From: a virus
Reading direction: 5' to 3' (one strand)
Virus record (IMG/VR): IMGVR_UViG_3300024289_000019
Span: 48,302 to 112,301 of that record
DNA: 64,000 nt
The position numbers and the translations under genes are program-made. Shown here piece by piece: positions 38,788-46,074 of this stretch. Under the pieces are notes generated by a model, which was not told the DNA's origin, made no database searches, and saw nothing but the letters and a program-made list of their open reading frames with translations. Position 1 is the first letter of the stretch; every line of letters starts with the position of its first letter.

Positions 38788-39276
38788 TTTCTAAACCAAC
38801 CTTTCTAACTTTCTAATAACTGAAGTCTAGCAGGGGGGTCTGACATTCTACTGACCAGTATGCGTACAAATCGGACATTTCGTTTTGTGATTTACACCAC
38901 ATTTTCCAGGCATTTAGACAAAACGGACATAAGGGTACAAAACGCCCGCAAAAGACTGCGGGCAGCTGCCGATTTTGTCAAATCGACACGCCGCTTTTAT
39001 TTTATTTTTTTATTTCTTTTGTTGCCAATCTGATCGTGTAAATTACGCTAAGAATTAGCGCAATTTGAACAGCGGAAGTTAGAAGTCTATTCATTAGAAC
39101 ATTTCACCGCTTTCTAGTAGAGCATCAAACTCAGCATCAATTTCTTTTTCTAGCAGAACATCAAGAGAGATTTCATCTGCCTCATCATCAAAGTATTCAT
39201 TTACTACATAACTATCTTGAATACTTTCATATTTATATTCACTAGGGTTTCTTTCCCAACTCATAGCATACATTAT

Positions 39277-39426
39277 TTATTTTCCTTTCTTATTGCGGTA
39301 AATCTTATACGCTACCACCGACAAAATAACTAGACCTAGACCTAGCCAAGAAGCGTAGAAATCAAATTGAGCGGTCTCAAAGGCAATTCCATCTGACCCT
39401 AATTCTATTAGTAAGTATCTATCCAT
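39277..39426 (-). CDS. 49-aa membrane peptide (not in ORF track)
   Basis: AGGAG RBS; hydrophobic WLGLGLVILSVVAY. Confidence 0.55.
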   Translation of the reverse strand: MDRYLLIELGSDGIAFETAQFDFYASWLGLGLVILSVVAYKIYRNKKGK

Positions 39427-39708
39427 TTTAGTTATTCTCCTTTATACATTCGCAAGTTTCTACATCATAGTCTAAGTCATTACCCCAAAAGATAAGACCT
39501 ACGCCATTACATTCATCACATTCAATTCTAGTTAGAGAGTTTATCATTTATTTATTTCCTTTCGTTAGTGTGATAGTAGGTCTTATTTGCTAGGCTCACC
39601 TTTCGGATTATTTGCTAGGCTCATACCTACTATTCAATTTTGTTATGTCGTTAGACTATCAGACCTGACCGACATTTTCAAGCCGACACGCCGAAGCGTG
39701 GGTGTGAC

Positions 39709-39903
39709 TTATGCCACACTTACCGCTACTGAGCGGTAGGTATAACCTCCGCCATTCTTACGGATTTCTACAAGATACGCCTCAGCGTTTTCATACCATA
39801 CACAAGACGGATGTTTTTCAGCCGATACGATTTCGCCCTCAACGGAGCGGGAACGATAAGTTTTACCTACTAGGAGGTTTTCGATAGAGTATAGATTAGC
39901 CAT
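39709..39903 (-). CDS. hypothetical protein, paralogue of 37844-38056
   Basis: GAAAGGAG RBS. Confidence 0.7.
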   Translation of the reverse strand: MANLYSIENLLVGKTYRSRSVEGEIVSAEKHPSCVWYENAEAYLVEIRKNGGGYTYRSVAVSVA

Positions 39904-40620
39904 TATGGTAATCTCCTTTCATTAAGTTAATCGGTATTATTTCAGATTTATTAAGTTTTTTCAAGTCGACACGCCGTTAAGAGAGTGTGATTTGTATCAC
40001 TTGTGGATACAATCACTTTCAATCTCATGACCGAATTCATCTACTAATTCTTCATAGATTTCATCTAGATAATCAAGATAATCAGACATTATTTCTCCTT
40101 TCATTATGTATAGAATACTAACATAGACCACCGACATTTTGACCCGTTTTTCGGGCGTGTCGCAAAACTATTTTTGTGAGATACCTCACATTATGGGCGC
40201 ACTATCTATTTTTAAAAAATTTTAAAATAACGTGTATCATACAAATTAAAAATATATTAACATTTTAGAAAAATGAAATTACTAGTTGACTAAAATAATA
40301 TTAGCATGATAAGATTTATCCAATGTCAGCTAATAGAGTATATATCTGCGATAAATGCGGAGCGGAAATCCAAGTAAGATCTAATTTTGTGTTAAAAACA
40401 CACTACAATCACATCAGGGAATGTAAAGCTCAATAAAAGCGAAAATCCCTTCGGAGGCGGATCCTAGGGGATTTTCTAATGTAAGGGAGAATGGTGGTTC
40501 TCAACCAAACACTTCTATAATAATAACATATGTGTAATTTGTAGTCAACTAGGAAGAGTATCTGCTATATCAACTGCATCATCTATAGTACGTGGATGCT
40601 CTGATGTGCAATCTCCACAA

Positions 40621-40842
40621 TTACGACACATGCATCTCCTCTGGCCATTTATTTAATGGACAACTAGCATTTAATAGTTGTGTCTTTAATGGCATAATGC
40701 ACAAACATTCTTTACATTGTTTTGTTGGTTTAAAAAATTCGGGGCAGGAAGAACAAGTCTCCATTCTTCTCTCTTGCACATGTTTAGGAGCTCTAGGAGA
40801 ATTTGGATCTAATAAATCCCATGGTCTAACTTCTCTTGCCAT
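40621..40842 (-). CDS. Cys-rich small protein
   Basis: CSSC..CKEC.C....CPLNKW. Confidence 0.7.
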   Translation of the reverse strand: MAREVRPWDLLDPNSPRAPKHVQERRMETCSSCPEFFKPTKQCKECLCIMPLKTQLLNASCPLNKWPEEMHVS

Positions 40843-41016
40843 TTAGAATTCCCCAATTGGACAAGAGAAATCTATATCTGAATAATACTCCGAACTGTGC
40901 TTGTCTACCATAGTACATTTTAATTCTAGTTGACTAAATTCTAGACAAGATTGACAAGTTTTAGAACGAAATTCAGCTAGTAAGGTTTTCTGTAATTGTG
41001 GGTTCAGATTGTCCAT
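40843..41016 (-). CDS. Cys-rich small protein (57 aa, not in ORF track)
   Basis: CQSC...C...CPIGEF, similar spacing to 40621-40842. Confidence 0.55.
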   Translation of the reverse strand: MDNLNPQLQKTLLAEFRSKTCQSCLEFSQLELKCTMVDKHSSEYYSDIDFSCPIGEF

Positions 41017-41245
41017 TGTCTTCCTTCGGTTTAAATGCTGGCATTGGGCCTAGGATATGACCTTGTTCGTGCAAGTTGACTACATTCTGAATTAGTTCAG
41101 GCTTCTCTGTCATATGTGATGTCAAAATTGACAATAGGTCATAAATTCTGGCCAACATGATATATTGTGCCATTTGTAAATTATCTTCTAAATTGACGTT
41201 TTCTTCGCTCATTTTCGTAATACTTTCTAAGATGTCCTCTAGCAT
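40973..41245 (-). CDS. hypothetical protein
   Basis: YIMLARIYD...HEQG..LGP.P. Confidence 0.65.
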   Translation of the reverse strand: MLEDILESITKMSEENVNLEDNLQMAQYIMLARIYDLLSILTSHMTEKPELIQNVVNLHEQGHILGPMPAFKPKEDNGQSEPTITENLTS

Positions 41246-41354
41246 ATTTTCTAGAGTTTAAATGTTTTCGTATTTTAGTATAGCATATAAAGTTGACTCT
41301 TTCTAGTCCGCCGAGCACTTTTTTACTCACTATGCGGCTAAAAAAATTTTCATA

Positions 41355-41621
41355 TTATTTTTCAAGTATAAATATGGCTAATGTACAACCAGTATCGCCA
41401 AATGCATAAATTTTATCTTCTGGCCCAAGATCAACTTTAAAAAATTCTAAAGGTTCAAGTTTAACTCCATAGTTAGTTGGAGAAACATTTCCGTTTCCAA
41501 GATAAGCATGCTTTGAGTTGTCTACATTTTGGATGGATATAAAATTTGGACCATCTATAGCATCGTCAATAGTAAGTTCTACTGGTGTTGCAGACATGGA
41601 TACAAGTTTTGTTCTTAACAT
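41355..41621 (-). CDS. hypothetical beta-rich protein
   Basis: IQN...YLG...YG.KL; TGATATAAT directly upstream. Confidence 0.65.
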   Translation of the reverse strand: MLRTKLVSMSATPVELTIDDAIDGPNFISIQNVDNSKHAYLGNGNVSPTNYGVKLEPLEFFKVDLGPEDKIYAFGDTGCTLAIFILEK

Positions 41622-41628
41622 ATGTCTA

Positions 41629-41898
41629 TTATATCACTTTTTCTTCTGGCGCCGAAGCACTTTCAATTATTTCGTGTAGCAAAATAGCTGTATTACTGGC
41701 AATTACAGAATTATCTACATTCAGTCTTATCCAAGGACCGTAGGAATCCATTCTGGTAGATCCCTGGTATACCTGACCAGTTTCTTGGTCAATCAATATC
41801 CATTTTTCTGGAACTCTAGTTCTCACTAAAAGATTAATTGGAGTTTGTAAAGGGGTAAGACTTGTCCCGTCCTTCAATTTTCTTTTTGATGTTTTCAT
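41629..41898 (-). CDS. hypothetical protein, tandem paralogue
   Basis: RKL..G...P.KWILID.ETGQ.Y.G shared with 41834-42148. Confidence 0.7.
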   Translation of the reverse strand: MKTSKRKLKDGTSLTPLQTPINLLVRTRVPEKWILIDQETGQVYQGSTRMDSYGPWIRLNVDNSVIASNTAILLHEIIESASAPEEKVI

Positions 41899-42148
41899 CT
41901 TTAGTAACTTCTTTCAATATCTCAACAATATCTTGTGGTACATCAAAGTAAACGTTTTGAAGTTTCCATTCATGACATCTACGTACATTTAATCCTCTTG
42001 GACGAATTTCATCACAGCCACGATAAATTTGTCCTGTTTCAGAATCTATTAAAATCCACTTAGTAGGAGATTTTGTCTCTACCATCAATTGTACTTTATC
42101 AGATAGTTCTTCTGATGTTTTACCATTAACTAATTTTCTGTCCGCCAT
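41834..42148 (-). CDS. hypothetical protein, tandem paralogue
   Basis: KWILIDSETGQIYRG. Confidence 0.7.
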   Translation of the reverse strand: MADRKLVNGKTSEELSDKVQLMVETKSPTKWILIDSETGQIYRGCDEIRPRGLNVRRCHEWKLQNVYFDVPQDIVEILKEVTKDENIKKKIEGRDKSYPFTNSN

Positions 42149-42332
42149 GTTTTTCTATGTATTTTCCTATCTTTTCGTAAAGATCTAATCCAACATAATT
42201 TTTATATGAGCACGACAAACAATATAAAAATAGTTTGTCGTCATCTGTTAAATTTGGATACAGTTGCAGCTGATCCATTGGGCAAATCAGCGGAGGAACT
42301 TTTTGCTCCTCCGCTAACTTTTGATATGCCAC
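42126..42332 (-). CDS. Zn-ribbon hypothetical protein
   Basis: CPMD...CLSCSY. Confidence 0.65.
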   Translation of the reverse strand: MAYQKLAEEQKVPPLICPMDQLQLYPNLTDDDKLFLYCLSCSYKNYVGLDLYEKIGKYIEKHGGQKIS

Positions 42333-42345
42333 GACTAATTGTGTT

Positions 42346-42924
42346 TTAATTTACTGCCTCTATCTTGTTTTGTTTTGTTATTTTTAAACACGATTCAGGA
42401 AATTCATTTAAGAACTTCTTATATCTAACAGTTTGGTAGCTAGGCCAAGAACTCCAGTCTTTGCCACCTTTTGTCATTCTATATGCTATTTCAGCGTTTA
42501 AAATAGGGTTTAATAGGTTCGAATTGGAAGTGAGCCCATATTGGTCTCTTCTTTCAACTCCAAGGTTGCCAAGCATGTTAACTTGAAAAATCCCATATGA
42601 GTTGTCCCCTGTTTTTCTGTTTCCGTTATAAGCAAGCGGTCTTCCGTTGGACTCTGTTTTTGACACAGCCCACGCTTTTTTTAGAGCTTGACCTTCAAAG
42701 CCAGCAATGCTTAAAACATCTACTAGTTCGCAGTCACTTAAATCTGTTGCTACAGAATAAGCTTCTACTTTTTGCGCCAATAGTTCAGCAGATTTTTTCT
42801 GTTCAACCATTAAAGCGTACGCAGGTCCGTCTGTATTTGCTATTAAATATACCGCTACCATAAGTAGAACGAATATGGTAGAATTACTAAATAACTCGTA
42901 CAAACGTTTTATATTTTTCTCCAT
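42346..42924 (-). CDS. membrane-anchored lytic transglycosylase (SLT/lysozyme-like)
   Basis: N-terminal TM; ESNG catalytic Glu, SYGIFQVN, WSSW; TTGACA-N18-TAAAAT promoter. Confidence 0.85.
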   Translation of the reverse strand: MEKNIKRLYELFSNSTIFVLLMVAVYLIANTDGPAYALMVEQKKSAELLAQKVEAYSVATDLSDCELVDVLSIAGFEGQALKKAWAVSKTESNGRPLAYNGNRKTGDNSYGIFQVNMLGNLGVERRDQYGLTSNSNLLNPILNAEIAYRMTKGGKDWSSWPSYQTVRYKKFLNEFPESCLKITKQNKIEAVN

Positions 42925-43007
42925 AGGTGTTACCTCCTAAGAGACAGTAAATATAATTTTACTAAACAATGTAAGGTGTTGTCAAGCTAGTCAACCAGAA
43001 AGTTTTT

Positions 43008-44006
43008 ATGAATATTTCTTATTACACAGTAAAAGCAGGATTAAATCCTGCTGTTGGCTTTGGCTATGCTGGACAAAATATTGTAAAATCATTGCAAAGT
43101 TTAGGACACAAAGTAACTTTTGCGGATCCAAGAGCTCATGTACAATTAATGTTTACACAGCCAGATAATTTTAAATTTCATAGAAATCAATACCAAATTG
43201 GTTATACACCATGGGAATCAACATCTATGGATCCCGCCTGGGCAGATAAATTTAATCTATGTGATGAAGTTTGGGCTACATCACAATGGACTGCAGATGT
43301 TTTTAAACAAAACGGTGTAGAAAAAGATATCAAAGTATATCGTCATGGAATTGAAAGTTTATGGAAACCAAAGAAAAGAATTTTAAAAGATGATGGAGTT
43401 TTTAAATTTCTTCATATTGGTGAACCTTCTCCAAGAAAAGATGGTCAATTAGTTGTTGACACATTTATTAAATTGTTTGGTAATAACCCAAAATATCACT
43501 TAACAATCAAGGCGCATCTATTTAATACTATTAGAGTATATAATAATTATAATATATTATCTTTACCTAATATATATAATAATATATCTATTATAACAGA
43601 TGAATATGACACTAGTCAACTATTATTTTTATATCACTCTCATCATGCACTTGTTTATCCAACTTGGGGAGAAGGATTTGGATTTATTCCATTACAAGGT
43701 TTAGCAACTGGAATGCCAGTTATTTCAACTTATGATTGGGCAGATTACAAAGAATTTCTTGGACCTCTAAAGCTAAAGTCAACATTGACAGATGATTCAC
43801 TTCCAAAATCAGTAGGACATACTTATGTTGGGAAAATGTATCGTCCAGATAAACAACATCTTGAAGAATTAATGTTAGAGTGTGTTATAAATTATAAAGC
43901 TTATTCTGGTTATTATTTTGCTCAATCAGAAAAAGTACATGAAAAATATAATTGGATCCAGTTGACTAAGAATGCTTTTGAAGATTTAAATAAAAAATTT
44001 TCTTAA
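43008..44006 (+). CDS. GT-B (family 4-like) glycosyltransferase
   Basis: TPWEST, DEVW..S, RKDG, EGFGFIPLQGLATGMPVI. Confidence 0.88.
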   Translation: MNISYYTVKAGLNPAVGFGYAGQNIVKSLQSLGHKVTFADPRAHVQLMFTQPDNFKFHRNQYQIGYTPWESTSMDPAWADKFNLCDEVWATSQWTADVFKQNGVEKDIKVYRHGIESLWKPKKRILKDDGVFKFLHIGEPSPRKDGQLVVDTFIKLFGNNPKYHLTIKAHLFNTIRVYNNYNILSLPNIYNNISIITDEYDTSQLLFLYHSHHALVYPTWGEGFGFIPLQGLATGMPVISTYDWADYKEFLGPLKLKSTLTDDSLPKSVGHTYVGKMYRPDKQHLEELMLECVINYKAYSGYYFAQSEKVHEKYNWIQLTKNAFEDLNKKFS

Positions 44007-44093
44007 CTCTTGCCCTCTAAAAAATTTTTAGGTATACTTAGACTTACCCAAAAAACATAACAGTCGAAAATCGGCGGAAAGAGTATTTTAAAA

Positions 44094-46028
44094 ATGTCTA
44101 GAACTATTGATAACCCTTATGAAAACTTCATAGCCTTGTCTCGATATGCGAGATGGATTGAAGATGAAAATCGTCGTGAGACTTGGGGTGAAACCGTAGA
44201 TAGATATTTTTCTTTTATGCTTGATCATTTAAAGAATAACTACAACTATTCTCCTGAATCAAAATTTGTTGAAGAATTAAAAGAAGCAGTTTATAGCAGA
44301 AATGTTATGCCATCAATGAGGGCTGTAATGACTGCAGGAACAGCTCTTGCAAGAGACAATGTTGCAGGATATAACTGTTCATTTGTTCCAGTAGATTCTC
44401 CAAGATCTTTTGACGAAACAATGTATATACTAATGTGTGGAACAGGTGTAGGTTTTTCTGTTGAATACAAGTATGTTAATAAACTTCCTGCCGTCCCAGA
44501 ATCATTTGAAAAATCAACCACTACTATCGTTGTAGAAGATTCAAAGAATGGTTGGGCAAAATCTTATCGTGAACTTCTAGCAATGCTTTGGGCAGGACAA
44601 ATTCCTTCTATTGATGTTTCTAAACTTCGTCCAGCAGGTGCACGTCTTAAGACTATGGGTGGTAGATCATCTGGTCCACAGCCACTAATCAACCTTTTTG
44701 ATTTTACTATTGCTAAATTTAAGCAAGCAGCAGGACGTCAATTAAAGCCCATTGAAGCACATGACATAATGTGTAAGATTGGTGAAGTAGTAGTTGTTGG
44801 TGGAGTTCGTCGTTCTGCAATGATTTCTCTATCTAATATTAATGATATTGAAATGGCTGCAGCAAAATCTGGTAATTGGTGGGAACAAAATTCTCAACGT
44901 GCCTTGTCCAACAATTCAGTAGCATACTCTCGTAAACCAGCAATGGAACAATTTATTGCGGAATGGAAAAATTTATATGACTCAAAATCTGGTGAGCGTG
45001 GCATATACAATGTTGCCGCTGCTCAAAAACAAGCAGCAAGATGGGGACGTAGAGACCCTGAAATTCACTACGGAACTAACCCCTGTTCAGAGATTATTCT
45101 CAGACCTTACCAGTTTTGCAACTTATCTGAAGTTGTAATTCGTGAAAAAGATACAAAAAAGGATATTGAGCGAAAAGTTGTTTTAGCTACAATTCTTGGA
45201 ACATGGCAATCAACTTTAACTGACTTTAAATATCTTCGTAAAGTATGGAAAGATAATACAGAAGAAGAGCGCCTATTAGGTGTTTCTATTACTGGACAAT
45301 TTGGACATAAGTTTATGTCTGGTCAAGAAGGGCTTGATAAACTTGGAAAGTTCTTAAATGAACTCAGAGATCTTGCTAGAGCTTGGAATAAAGAAGAAGC
45401 AGAGTCTTTAGGCATTAATCCATCTGCTGCAATTACTTGTGTAAAACCATCAGGAACCGTTTCACAATTAACTGGAGTTTCTTCAGGAATGCATCCCTGG
45501 CATTCTCCATATTACATTCGCACAGTTCGTGGAGATAAAAAAGATCCACTTTCAACTTTCTTAAAAGAAGTTGGAATTCCATATGAAGATGATTTCATGA
45601 AGCCAAATGACACTTATGTATTTTCATTTCCAGTAAAAGCACCAGAAGGTGCAATTGTTCGTGATGATTTAACAGCCTTGGATCATTTGAATACTTGGCT
45701 TGTGTATCAACGTGAATGGTGTGAACATAAACCTTCTATTACCGTATCAGTAAAAGAAGATGAGTGGATGGAGGTAGGCGCTTGGGTTTATCATTATTTT
45801 GATGAAGTATCTGGTATTTCATTTTTGCCCCATTCCGATCATTCATATAAGCAGGCTCCATATCAAGAAATTACAGAAACAGAATACTTAGAGTTACTTG
45901 CTAAAATGCCTTCTAATATTCGCTGGGAAGATTTGTCTTTTTACGAGACAGAGGACGGGACAAGTGGCACACAGACGCTTGCCTGTACATCAGACGGTAA
46001 CTGTGAAATTGTAGATATTACCGCCTAG
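44094..46028 (+). CDS. nrdJ: class II (B12-dependent) ribonucleotide reductase
   Basis: YNCSF, GTGVGFS, TNPCSEI, FCNLSE, TCVKPSGTVSQL, C-terminal Cys pair; no beta subunit adjacent. Confidence 0.9.
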   Translation: MSRTIDNPYENFIALSRYARWIEDENRRETWGETVDRYFSFMLDHLKNNYNYSPESKFVEELKEAVYSRNVMPSMRAVMTAGTALARDNVAGYNCSFVPVDSPRSFDETMYILMCGTGVGFSVEYKYVNKLPAVPESFEKSTTTIVVEDSKNGWAKSYRELLAMLWAGQIPSIDVSKLRPAGARLKTMGGRSSGPQPLINLFDFTIAKFKQAAGRQLKPIEAHDIMCKIGEVVVVGGVRRSAMISLSNINDIEMAAAKSGNWWEQNSQRALSNNSVAYSRKPAMEQFIAEWKNLYDSKSGERGIYNVAAAQKQAARWGRRDPEIHYGTNPCSEIILRPYQFCNLSEVVIREKDTKKDIERKVVLATILGTWQSTLTDFKYLRKVWKDNTEEERLLGVSITGQFGHKFMSGQEGLDKLGKFLNELRDLARAWNKEEAESLGINPSAAITCVKPSGTVSQLTGVSSGMHPWHSPYYIRTVRGDKKDPLSTFLKEVGIPYEDDFMKPNDTYVFSFPVKAPEGAIVRDDLTALDHLNTWLVYQREWCEHKPSITVSVKEDEWMEVGAWVYHYFDEVSGISFLPHSDHSYKQAPYQEITETEYLELLAKMPSNIRWEDLSFYETEDGTSGTQTLACTSDGNCEIVDITA

Positions 46029-46074
46029 TGGTAGAATATATCTATGGGCCAAAAACCCATTAAGGAGAAAATAT

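Larger units (their letters stand above)
28455..40136 (-). promoter_or_regulatory. array of 18 TGTCRG-N10-TAnnnT promoters (RecA-NDp/PafBC-type)
   Basis: plus-strand (c/g)cACCGACA-type cores starting at 28468, 29817, 31495, 31893, 33193, 34106, 34364, 34979, 35291, 36265, 36818, 37720, 37834, 38234, 38837, 39315, 39666, 40128, each with TAnnnT exactly 10 nt from the hexamer. Confidence 0.85.
35316..40162. repeat. 9 copies of CGACACGCC(G/C) box
   Basis: plus orientation at 36834, 36879, 38413, 38984, 39684, 39967; reverse at 35316, 38280, 40153. Confidence 0.85.
29834..40190. promoter_or_regulatory. about 11 CRP/GlxR-type TGTGA-N6-TCACA sites
   Basis: perfect at 34391, 35332, 36854, 38290, 38315, 38432, 40175; one mismatch at 29834, 33241, 38886, 39703, 39986. 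Confidence 0.75.

Noticed and set aside
28455-40200. Island repeats as a CRISPR array or integron cassette array
   Set aside because: Repeats are short, degenerate and separated by whole genes at irregular distances; no integrase or attC-like structure; promoter geometry explains the main motif.
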